From IMG/VR virus record IMGVR_UViG_3300029775_000298: a stretch of 25,999 bases of DNA; one strand, given 5' to 3'. Within the stretch, counting starts at the first letter, position 1. Each line of letters begins with the position of its first letter. This stretch comes from a virus. Its lineage: Duplodnaviria; Caudoviricetes. The notes under the pieces are model-generated. The model made no database searches and was not told the DNA's origin. It saw only the letters and a list, made by a program, of their open reading frames with translations. A program made the translations under genes and the position numbers. Positions 8,342-16,389 of the stretch are shown here, piece after piece.

Positions 8342-9209
8342 AGAAGAAAAAGCAAAGGTAGTAAGAAAGGTTTTTGTTGATTATCTTTCGGGGCTCTCTA
8401 CCTATGCAATAGCAAAGGAACTTACAGCAAAGGGATTTCCAAATGCAAACAACAAACCATCCTGGAACCATGGCTCTGTCGGCAAGATTTTAGAAAACAT
8501 AAAGTATTTGGGCGATGAGATGTATCCGCAGATGATAGAAACGGAAATTTTTGAACAGGTACAGAACCGAAGGCAAGAGCAACGTAAAAAACTCGGAAGG
8601 GTTATGCAGCCAAATAGCATGAACAATCAAAGCTCATTCAGTGGCAGACTTTGGTGCGGCGAGTGCGGAGAGGTATTCAGAAAATATATAGAGAATAGTG
8701 GCAAACCCTCTGAAAAAAGCAAATGGAAGTGCAAGCATTATATTTATAAAAACAGAGTTCATTGCAACTGTGGGGTAATTACAGATGAACAGATCAAAGA
8801 AGTTTTTATTCTTGCGGTAAACAAGGTAATAAGAACTCCTTCTTTGCTGCAGAAAAAACAAAGAGAGATTCCAAAGTGTTATTCACCAGAATTTCGGAAG
8901 CTTGATCAAAAGATTAAAGACATGGAAGCAGACGAACAATTTTCCTCCAAAGAGCTGGCGACGATGATTTTCCAAAGGGCAGCACTCCTTTATCAAACTG
9001 CACAGGTGCATGACTACGAACATCATACGAAAAACATAATGCAAGCCCTTTCAGGCAGGGAACAGCAAACCGAATTTAATGAAGAATTATTTTTACAGAC
9101 AGTCAAAAAACTGGTCATCTATAAAGATGGACGAGTTGAAATAGAATTTATTAATGGACTGATTGTCCATGAAACTTATAGAAAGGGGGATAAATATGCA
9201 AGCAGTTAA
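8286..9209 (+). CDS. Recombinase-family protein lacking the catalytic resolvase domain
   Basis: Starts at PIGFR, the recombinase DNA-binding domain; ILENIKYLG; CGECG zinc ribbon; no YxRVST motif; RBS AAGGAGG. Confidence 0.88.
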   Translation: MQRHTPIGFRMRNGKIYVEEEKAKVVRKVFVDYLSGLSTYAIAKELTAKGFPNANNKPSWNHGSVGKILENIKYLGDEMYPQMIETEIFEQVQNRRQEQRKKLGRVMQPNSMNNQSSFSGRLWCGECGEVFRKYIENSGKPSEKSKWKCKHYIYKNRVHCNCGVITDEQIKEVFILAVNKVIRTPSLLQKKQREIPKCYSPEFRKLDQKIKDMEADEQFSSKELATMIFQRAALLYQTAQVHDYEHHTKNIMQALSGREQQTEFNEELFLQTVKKLVIYKDGRVEIEFINGLIVHETYRKGDKYASS

Positions 9210-10842
9210 AAAGAAAAATGTATCTATCATACCTTCACAACCAGCATATGACAGGAGCATCAAGGTACAGTTAAAAGCATTAAGGGTTGCAGCTTACTGT
9301 AGAGTCAGCACTTTGCTGGAACAGCAGGAAAGCAGTTACGATGCTCAGATATCTTATTATACAGAGAAAATTCAGCAGAATCCAAACTGGAAACTGGCGG
9401 GCATTTACGCAGATGACGGGAAGTCTGCAACCAATATGAAAAAAAGAGATGACTTTAACTCCATGATTGATGACTGCATGGCAGGAAAAATCGACTTAAT
9501 ATTGACTAAATCAGTCAGCCGTTTTGCAAGAAATACAGTAGACTCCCTGCAAACCATAAGAAAACTGAAGGAGAAAAATATCGGCATCATTTTTGAAAAG
9601 GAAGGCATCAATACACTGGAGGCGACAGGCGAACTTTTAATCACCATCTTAAGCAGCCAAGCACAAGAAGAAAGCCGTAACTTAAGTGAAAACACACGCT
9701 GGGGAATCGCAAGAAAATATGAAAATGGTGTAGTGCTAGTCAATCACAAAAAGTTTTTAGGATACACAAAAGATGAGGATGGCGAGCTGGTCATCGTACC
9801 GGAACAAGCGAAGCTTGTCAGAAGAATCTATCGTCTTTATCTTGAGGGGCTTAGCACACAGCAGATAGCGAATACCTTTATGGAAGAAGGTATCAAGACA
9901 GTGACTGGAAAGGATAAATGGCATGATACTGTCATCGCAAAGATACTCCAGAACGAAAAATACATGGGCGATGTACTGCAACAAAAGACATATACGGTGG
10001 ATTTTCTTACAAAAAAGAGGGTAAAAAATGACGGCATCGTGCCTCAGTATTATATTGAGGATAACCATGAAGCAATTATCCCAAAGGAGCTTTTTTACCA
10101 AGTGCAAGAAGAAAGAGCAAGACGAGCAAGCCTTCATAAGCCGTCCATTGCCAGGCGAGCTAAAAAAGAAAAAAGTAAGTACAGTTCTAAATATGTACTC
10201 TCAGACATTCTTGTCTGCGGAGAATGCTCCCACCCTTATCGCAGGCAGACCTGGTCAAGGAATGGAAATCTTACTCCCGTGTGGCGATGTGAAAGCAGAT
10301 TATTAAATGGAACAAAAAAATGCAAGCATTCCGCCACCTTGAAAGAAAAACCCCTACAGGAAGCAATTATGAAGGCTGTGGATAGTGTAGTTGAAAATCA
10401 AAGGGAGCTTGTAGGAGCATTCAGGGAGAATGTGATCCGGGTGATCGGTAACTACACAACAAAAAACATAAAAACAGAGTTTGATGAGGAAATTAACAAA
10501 CTGCAAAAGCAGCTCCTTAACTTAATCGAAGAAAATGCAAAGCAAGGAGCCGTCAATGAAGATTTTGATGAGCAGTATAGAAAAATTGCAGAAGAAATAC
10601 AATCCCTTAAGATGAAAAAATTAAAGCAGGCAAGGGAACAGAAGTTGGCCGATGATTATGAGCAAAGGGTGGATGGAATGGACTCTTGCCTTGGCAGGGT
10701 AAGCTGCAGGGTCGGAGAGTTTGATGAGGATTTAATCAGACGCTTGATACTTAGAATCAAGGTAATAAATGAATCCAAAATTGAAATTCACTTTAAATAT
10801 GGCATCATTATGGAACAAGAGATTGAGTTTTATGAAGATTAA
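9196..10842 (+). CDS. Large serine recombinase 3
   Basis: AAYCRVST, KSVSRFARN, AQEESRNLSEN, ILQNEKYMGD, CGEC zinc ribbon. Confidence 0.93.
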   Translation: MQAVKKKNVSIIPSQPAYDRSIKVQLKALRVAAYCRVSTLLEQQESSYDAQISYYTEKIQQNPNWKLAGIYADDGKSATNMKKRDDFNSMIDDCMAGKIDLILTKSVSRFARNTVDSLQTIRKLKEKNIGIIFEKEGINTLEATGELLITILSSQAQEESRNLSENTRWGIARKYENGVVLVNHKKFLGYTKDEDGELVIVPEQAKLVRRIYRLYLEGLSTQQIANTFMEEGIKTVTGKDKWHDTVIAKILQNEKYMGDVLQQKTYTVDFLTKKRVKNDGIVPQYYIEDNHEAIIPKELFYQVQEERARRASLHKPSIARRAKKEKSKYSSKYVLSDILVCGECSHPYRRQTWSRNGNLTPVWRCESRLLNGTKKCKHSATLKEKPLQEAIMKAVDSVVENQRELVGAFRENVIRVIGNYTTKNIKTEFDEEINKLQKQLLNLIEENAKQGAVNEDFDEQYRKIAEEIQSLKMKKLKQAREQKLADDYEQRVDGMDSCLGRVSCRVGEFDEDLIRRLILRIKVINESKIEIHFKYGIIMEQEIEFYED

Positions 10843-10887
10843 TACGATGATGAAGGCCTTAATGGATGCTCCGGTGTGTAGAATTAG

Positions 10888-10912
10888 GCAGGGGTGGGGT
10901 TCCCACTCCTGC
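10888..10912 (+). terminator. GC-rich hairpin after the recombinase operon
   Basis: gcaggggtggg-gtt-cccactcctgc; no immediate U-tract. Confidence 0.45.
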
Positions 10913-10914
10913 TG

Positions 10915-10970
10915 AAAACTACTAAGACTAAAATCCTCGGTCCGCTGAGGGTTTTACTGTTAGTAGTTTT
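10915..10970 (+). repeat. Imperfect palindrome, copy 1
   Basis: aaaactactaa-gac-taaaatcctcgg-tccg-ctgagggtttta-ctg-ttagtagtttt; near-identical copy at 13087-13144. Confidence 0.85.
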
Positions 10971-11161
10971 TTCTTTACAAATAATACATCGAGATATGGT
11001 AATTATTGTGTTATAATTAATATGGAAATAGTGTAATAAGATTTATCCGTTATAGATTTCAATAAAGCAATTGCGGACATTATCTTTAGAATATTGATTT
11101 AATTTTAGTCAAATAAGTTGCGATAATTGTCATTACAGGTGCAAAACTATGAGGTGGAAAA

Positions 11162-12112
11162 ATGGGATTATTTGATATATTCAAAAAGAAAACCAAAGAA
11201 AGGAGTTTAGTACCCACAGCACAGGAAGCGTTATTAAAGCAGACAGCTACTATACCTGATTCAGAGAAGAAATATTATCAGCCGGATTCCTATTATAAGG
11301 CAAAATCACACGATGGAACACCTTTTGAAAGTGAAGTAGTATCTTTTGAACAGAGGAAAAATACGTCTATTCCATCTAATAACGGATTGTACGTTCCTGA
11401 AATCTTGATGCTTCATTTTTGTAAGAAATATCCTAATCCCAAGGGAGGATACCCCGGGTATTGGTGGTATAAATATGGCATTCGGGATGTAGGTTCTGTT
11501 TATGAATCCTTAGTGGATCGTGGTTTCCTAATTATTAATGATAAAACAGGTAAATACGAGCTTACAAATCTCGGTAAAACTGAACTTGAAGAGAATGCAT
11601 ATGTACCGTATATGCACCGTCACAGCAAATATACTACATTTACCGTATGGGATTTGAATCAATTGTTAGGCACTGGAAATAAAAGCAATTATATGGAAAT
11701 CATAGAGAAAAAATATGCTGATATTGATAACGGAAATGAAGATAGCAATAAGTCTTTCATGAAAGAATTGAAAGTGATTGATCCGGAAGGTTATAGGTTG
11801 TTGAAAAGTCAGGACAAGCAGATAAAAGCTGTTCAGGCTACTGATGAGAAGTATGCTGAAGATAAAGATATTGATTGGATTATCAACTTTTGGGAGGAAA
11901 TATGGAAGGATGGTGGTCCCAAGTTTGAAGGCTCTGGATGGATGTTCAGGCTGCCGGATTTGTACATCAAGGCCAAAAGATATGATGATGCTATAGCCAT
12001 TGTGCAAAAAATAAAGAAAACCAAGGGGTCTTACTATTTAAATAAGGCTAACAGCTATATTACCAAAATCGAGGAACGCAGAGCAAAGGAAGCTACAAAG
12101 AAAATTAAGTAA
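11162..12112 (+). CDS. Hypothetical protein (MGLFD N-terminus, winged-helix-like segment, TPR-like C-terminus)
   Basis: RBS GAGGTGG; SLVDRGFL..YELTNLG wHTH-like pattern; LYIKAKRYDDAI TPR-like pattern. Confidence 0.75.
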   Translation: MGLFDIFKKKTKERSLVPTAQEALLKQTATIPDSEKKYYQPDSYYKAKSHDGTPFESEVVSFEQRKNTSIPSNNGLYVPEILMLHFCKKYPNPKGGYPGYWWYKYGIRDVGSVYESLVDRGFLIINDKTGKYELTNLGKTELEENAYVPYMHRHSKYTTFTVWDLNQLLGTGNKSNYMEIIEKKYADIDNGNEDSNKSFMKELKVIDPEGYRLLKSQDKQIKAVQATDEKYAEDKDIDWIINFWEEIWKDGGPKFEGSGWMFRLPDLYIKAKRYDDAIAIVQKIKKTKGSYYLNKANSYITKIEERRAKEATKKIK

Positions 12113-12136
12113 TGTGGTGCAAGAAATAAAGGAGGT

Positions 12137-12817
12137 GTGCCGACTATGATGATAAGTCCAGAAAACTATTGTGAAGAGTATCTAAGAGAAAAGGATGCTA
12201 AGCAAATCTTATCCATTATCCGTGGATTAAAAAACGAAATGGGTCATTTAAAGAATATCATGGAACATCCGGATTATGGCACTGAGTCAAAAGTGTGCCC
12301 AAGTGAATCAGTCAGATTATCGTGCACCCGTGAATACCTTGAACGAGCAAAACAGGCACTTGTCGAAGTGGGCGGCACCTACAACCCTTCGCGAACGGAA
12401 CTTCGCACATTGGATTTTATAAGCAATGTTAACCATATCAGCAAGTTTACATTTTCCATTGGAGGATTCTTCGGTGGATATAATACATACATTGCTGACT
12501 TATCTGGCAATGAACTAAAATTTGAATCAAAACAAGGAGAGGCTTCAACACCGATGAAGGTTTTCAATAAAGAGGGTGAGCCTCTGACAAAGGAAAGTTT
12601 TCTCGAAGGAATTCGAAAGCTGCATATGGGAGAATGGAAGAGAAGCTATTCCCCGGAGCGTTTTGGCCACATGGTTTTAGACGGTACACAATGGGAAATT
12701 GAAATTGAATATGACAACGGACACAGGAAGGTTCGTTTTGATGGGGATAATTCTTATCCATACAATTTCTTCGATTTGCAGGCTTTGTTTGGTGTCGAGG
12801 AAGATTGTGAGAACTAG
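12137..12817 (+). CDS. Hypothetical protein
   Basis: RBS AAGGAGGTG (start may be ATG 12146 or 12149); C-terminal VLDGTQWEIEI..GDNSYPYNF motif. Confidence 0.75.
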   Translation: MPTMMISPENYCEEYLREKDAKQILSIIRGLKNEMGHLKNIMEHPDYGTESKVCPSESVRLSCTREYLERAKQALVEVGGTYNPSRTELRTLDFISNVNHISKFTFSIGGFFGGYNTYIADLSGNELKFESKQGEASTPMKVFNKEGEPLTKESFLEGIRKLHMGEWKRSYSPERFGHMVLDGTQWEIEIEYDNGHRKVRFDGDNSYPYNFFDLQALFGVEEDCEN

Positions 12818-12902
12818 TTATTAATTTGAAACAGTGTCATCAATAAAGGTTAATAACGAGTTCGATGATTGTGATGAAATCAACGGAAGGGAGTGTGAGA
12901 AA

Positions 12903-13067
12903 ATGCAAATGTGTGGGAACTGCATGAAAGTTTATGATGAATCTGAATATGCAAAATGCCCGTTTTGCTCTAATGACAAAGATGAATATACGCATGTTAT
13001 AGTTTTTGATAAAGATGCTGGTGTGGCAAAATCAGTACCAAAGAAAGATGCACATCTTTATGAATGA
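12903..13067 (+). CDS. Small zinc-finger protein
   Basis: CGNC...CPFC; RBS-like GGGAG before ATG 12903. Confidence 0.55.
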   Translation: MQMCGNCMKVYDESEYAKCPFCSNDKDEYTHVIVFDKDAGVAKSVPKKDAHLYE

Positions 13068-13086
13068 ACAATTAGTTGGTTGTATT

Positions 13087-13144
13087 AAAAACTGCTAAGA
13101 CTAAAACCTTCAGTGCTCTGAGGGTTTTATTGTTGGCAGCTTTT
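13087..13144 (+). repeat. Imperfect palindrome, copy 2
   Basis: aaaaactgctaa-gac-taaaaccttcag-tgct-ctgagggtttta-ttg-ttggcagctttt. Confidence 0.85.
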
Positions 13145-13301
13145 ATCTTTGTTAAATCAAATGTCAAAAACAAGAGTTGCCATGTTATAATTAGCAAAAC
13201 TATTTTGTAAAAACAAGTGTTTAGCGCTGGAGTTATTGGAAATATACCCTGACGCCAAGGGGGTACCAGGCCCGATGGTCATCAGAATTGCAGCAACAAG
13301 G

Positions 13302-13343
13302 CACGTTGAGTGCGTGGTATTGATGTCGAGGGTAGAGAAATAA
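13302..13343 (+). other. rlmD: Orphan 3' end of rlmD/rumA (23S rRNA m5U methyltransferase); att-site junction
   Basis: cac gtt gag tgc gtg gta ttg atg tcg agg gta gag aaa taa = HVECVVLMSRVEK*, the RlmD C-terminal HVE motif with no upstream gene body; known hotspot for serine-recombinase elements. Confidence 0.8.
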
Positions 13344-13553
13344 TAGTTTAAAAGTGCTTGATATAAAGGGATTTCCGTGATTTTGAACTCATATGCAAGC
13401 TGGGTTCTATGTCACGGATTTTTTATTGTAAGAACATATCTAAAACCATAAAAACACAAGGTTGTGTGGATAGAATTACTTTCAGCCTTGTGAGTTGATG
13501 AAATTACTGTCAAAAAGGTGGCGAGTGGATAGAATTGTTGGCGAGATTAAACC

Positions 13554-13582
13554 TTGATATCGGACTGAAATTAGGGTATAAT
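13554..13582 (+). promoter_or_regulatory. Sigma-A promoter
   Basis: TTGATA (13554-13559), 17-bp spacer, TATAAT (13577-13582). Confidence 0.7.
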
Positions 13583-13613
13583 TAGACTAAATATAAACTG
13601 AGGAGGAAAGTGC

Positions 13614-13808
13614 ATGGCTGATTCATATATTTACTTAGATACATATGTGTTGCAGCAAGATATGAGAGTTCGCTTGCCTAAAGCCATTCTTTCGAATATG
13701 AAAGTAGAAAAAGGTAAAACAAAATTTGATATATATCTGGATTCTTCTGACGATTCATTGCTTTTGCGCATTCACAATGATGAAGGCGGAGGTTCAAATA
13801 ATGAATAA
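13614..13808 (+). CDS. AbrB/MazE/SpoVT-like small DNA-binding protein, probable R-M controller
   Basis: RBS GAGGAGG; LQQDMRVRLPKAIL swapped-hairpin-like motif; overlaps the start of the methyltransferase. Confidence 0.7.
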   Translation: MADSYIYLDTYVLQQDMRVRLPKAILSNMKVEKGKTKFDIYLDSSDDSLLLRIHNDEGGGSNNE

Positions 13809-13926
13809 AGAATATTCTGCTGTATCTTTGTTTACCGGTGCGGGAGGCATGGATATTGGCTTTGAAAGGGCAGGCATTAAAGCTGTATTCGCAAATGAAT
13901 TGATGAAAGAGGCTGCAGAAACATAG
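13801..13926 (+). pseudogene. Truncated DNA (cytosine-5)-methyltransferase
   Basis: RBS GGAGG; SLFTGAGGMDIGFERAG..VFANE = motifs I-II; stop after 41 aa; no PCQ catalytic motif seen downstream. Confidence 0.85.
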
Positions 13927-13934
13927 AAAGCAAC

Positions 13935-13985
13935 AACTTCCAGTTATTGCTACGACCTCTGAGGTCATAACAGAAACTGGAGGTT
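13935..13985. repeat. 51-bp imperfect palindrome at the methyltransferase breakpoint
   Basis: aacttccagttattgctacgacctc-t-gaggtcataacagaaactggaggtt; 20 of 25 positions complementary. Confidence 0.7.
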
Positions 13986-14055
13986 TATGTTTAAAAGGAT
14001 GGAAAATGAAAACTAAGGTGTTTACATAATTTCCAGATAGGTTAAGACGAAAGGG

Positions 14056-14727
14056 GTGGTTTCAATTAAGCATATATTATTAGTAGAAGATGATATCATG
14101 ATAGCTTCAGGACTGGTCTATGCACTAGAACATGAAGGGTACAGTGTTGTACATACGAAGAATGTTCATGACACATACGCCGTTATACAAACGAATCAAT
14201 TTGACCTGGCAATTCTTGATATGCAAATGCCAGATGGGAATGGATTTGACATAAGCCACAGACTTTCTAAGGTAAAAAGTACATCGATTATTTTCCTGAC
14301 CGTTGTAGATGACGAGGATAAAATTGTTAAGGCATTTGACGATGGAGCCGCCGATTATATTACAAAGCCATTTAGACTGCGTGAATTATTAGCCAGAGTA
14401 AAACGTACTCTGAATGCCAGTAGTGAAGACGGTAAAAATGAAGTACTGACACTTGGGAATGTAAATATAGATGTTACAGCAGGCAAGGTAATGATCGGGA
14501 TTAACGTAGTAGAATTGACAGCATTAGAATATAGATTACTATTGATATTTGCCACAAATAAGTCAATTTTGTTGACAAGAAACCAGATACTTGAGAATAT
14601 ATGGGATTCTGGTGAAAATTTTGTAGAAGATAATACTTTGACAGTCTATATAAAACGTCTGAGAGAAAAATTAGGAGCTGCCGTTAAGATCGAGACCGTT
14701 AGGGGGATTGGATATCGTGCTGATTAA
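14056..14727 (+). CDS. OmpR/PhoB-family response regulator
   Basis: LLVEDD, LDMQMPDGNG, GAADYITKPF, VYIKRLREKL, TVRGIGY. Confidence 0.95.
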   Translation: MVSIKHILLVEDDIMIASGLVYALEHEGYSVVHTKNVHDTYAVIQTNQFDLAILDMQMPDGNGFDISHRLSKVKSTSIIFLTVVDDEDKIVKAFDDGAADYITKPFRLRELLARVKRTLNASSEDGKNEVLTLGNVNIDVTAGKVMIGINVVELTALEYRLLLIFATNKSILLTRNQILENIWDSGENFVEDNTLTVYIKRLREKLGAAVKIETVRGIGYRAD

Positions 14728-15544
14728 AAAGAGTGAAATAATTGAATTGTCAGAGGGAATCCGTAGTGCTATCAATGGTAAAAGTGTAGACTTTCGAGAT
14801 AATAAGGAGGGTGCATGGAGCATACTGAAGAATGATATAAATACACTTGTAAATATGAAAAATGAACAGATGAATCTGGCACAAAAGGAAAGGGATATAT
14901 TAACAGAGTATCTGGCAGATATATCACACCAGCTAAAAACGCCAATTACCTCCATGAAGATTATGGCAGATCTAGTCGAAATGGCACCACCTCAGAAACA
15001 AGCTGAATTTATGAAAAGCATTAAGATAAGCCTTTCGCGTATGGAATGGCTTGTTGCAACGCTGCTAAAAATGGCACGGCTTGATTCGGGAGTTATTGAA
15101 TTTTCAATAGTTTCAATAAAAACCAAGGAGCTGATCAAAAAAGCATTGCAGCCGTTGGAGATTTTACTAGATGTCAAGAACCAGACAGTGGATGTGGTAA
15201 ATGATGTTGAGCTGATGTGTGATCAGCGCTGGACGGCGGAAGCTTTGACGAATTTAATAAAGAACGCATCGGAATATTCGCCTGTAAATGGGAAAATAAC
15301 GATAGATTGTGGAATTAACCCTATATATAGGTGGGTTTCTGTTACAGATAGCGGCGCGGGATTAAAAAAAGAAAATTTTGCAGGAATATTTGAGCGGTTT
15401 TCCTATTCACAAAATGAAGATGGGTATGGAATCGGTTTACCTCTTGCGCAATCGATTATTAGACACCAAAATGGCGACATCGATATTGATGGCGGGGGTA
15501 AGGGAAAGGGAGCAACTTTTATCATTAAATTTTTTACTTCATAA
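14717..15544 (+). CDS. Sensor histidine kinase lacking obvious TM helices
   Basis: H-box ISHQLKTP, N-box NLIKNA, G1 DSGAG, F-box IFERF, G2 GIGL; probable GTG start overlapping the regulator. Confidence 0.9.
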   Translation: MLIKKSEIIELSEGIRSAINGKSVDFRDNKEGAWSILKNDINTLVNMKNEQMNLAQKERDILTEYLADISHQLKTPITSMKIMADLVEMAPPQKQAEFMKSIKISLSRMEWLVATLLKMARLDSGVIEFSIVSIKTKELIKKALQPLEILLDVKNQTVDVVNDVELMCDQRWTAEALTNLIKNASEYSPVNGKITIDCGINPIYRWVSVTDSGAGLKKENFAGIFERFSYSQNEDGYGIGLPLAQSIIRHQNGDIDIDGGGKGKGATFIIKFFTS

Positions 15545-15586
15545 AAATACCTACAGTGTTTAAGAGACTTTTAAAGTGAATAAACT

Positions 15587-15639
15587 GTCACTTTATTTTT
15601 TTATATAGTCACGAAGGAGTCATTTTGGTTTGCTAAGAT
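15587..15639 (+). promoter_or_regulatory. Probable response-regulator binding repeats and extended -10
   Basis: GTCAC 15587, GTCAC 15608, GTCAT 15619 (21- and 11-bp spacing), then TGcTAAGAT. Confidence 0.5.
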
Positions 15640-15705
15640 TATTACAACGATTTGAAGGAGCAGAGTTGCTCGCCTTTGAACAATTATGGATCATAGGAGG
15701 ATAAA

Positions 15706-16389
15706 ATGGCTGTATTAGAAGTGAAAGGATTAACGAAGCAATATGGTACAAGAGATACAATGGTCACAGCACTTGATCATGTAAGCTTTCGAGTGGAAAA
15801 GGGAGAATTTGTCGCAATTATAGGTGCGTCAGGTTCTGGAAAGTCAACACTCATGAACTTGACAGGAGGAATAGACAGACCAACAAGTGGTGATGTTATT
15901 ATTGATGGAAAAGAGATTTTTAAGTTAAGTGAGAGTGAACTAGCAATATTTCGTCGCCGAAATATTGGAATGATTTATCAATTCTATAACTTAATACCGA
16001 CACTAACAGCAGAGGAAAATATAATGCTTCCTCGCCTACTGGATAATAAAGGAAAAGATCGTGAGAAATTATCTTCAATTTTGAAGATGGTAGGGCTTAC
16101 AGAACGTGCAAAGCATTTACCATGTCAATTATCAGGTGGTCAGCAGCAAAGGGTATCCGTAGGAAGAGCTATGATTAATGATCCAGCATTTATTCTAGCA
16201 GATGAACCAACAGGAAATCTGGATAGTAAAATGAGCCATGAAATAATAGATCTCTTAAAAATGGCGAATAGGAGCTGTAACCAGACGCTTTTGATTATTA
16301 CACATGATGAAAAAATAGCATTGCAGGCAGATCGTATCATCACGATTGGAGATGGAAAGATAATCTCAGACGAGGTGATGAAATCATGA
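15706..16389 (+). CDS. ABC transporter ATP-binding protein (LolD/MacB/BceA-like)
   Basis: GASGSGKST, LSGGQQQRV, ILADEPTGNLD, ITHD. Confidence 0.96.
   Translation: MAVLEVKGLTKQYGTRDTMVTALDHVSFRVEKGEFVAIIGASGSGKSTLMNLTGGIDRPTSGDVIIDGKEIFKLSESELAIFRRRNIGMIYQFYNLIPTLTAEENIMLPRLLDNKGKDREKLSSILKMVGLTERAKHLPCQLSGGQQQRVSVGRAMINDPAFILADEPTGNLDSKMSHEIIDLLKMANRSCNQTLLIITHDEKIALQADRIITIGDGKIISDEVMKS

Larger units (their letters stand above)
1..13301. mobile_element. Right part of an integrative element with a triple serine recombinase module
   Basis: Recombinase triplet and cargo ending at the rlmD tail; left boundary not visible. Confidence 0.65.

Noticed and set aside
10915-13144. CRISPR array or classical integron
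   Set aside because: Only two repeats 2.1 kb apart; no cas genes, tyrosine integrase or clear RYYYAAC/GTTRRRY boxes
13614-13808. Antitoxin for the MazF at 6002
   Set aside because: 7 kb away, beyond the att junction, and coupled to the methyltransferase gene
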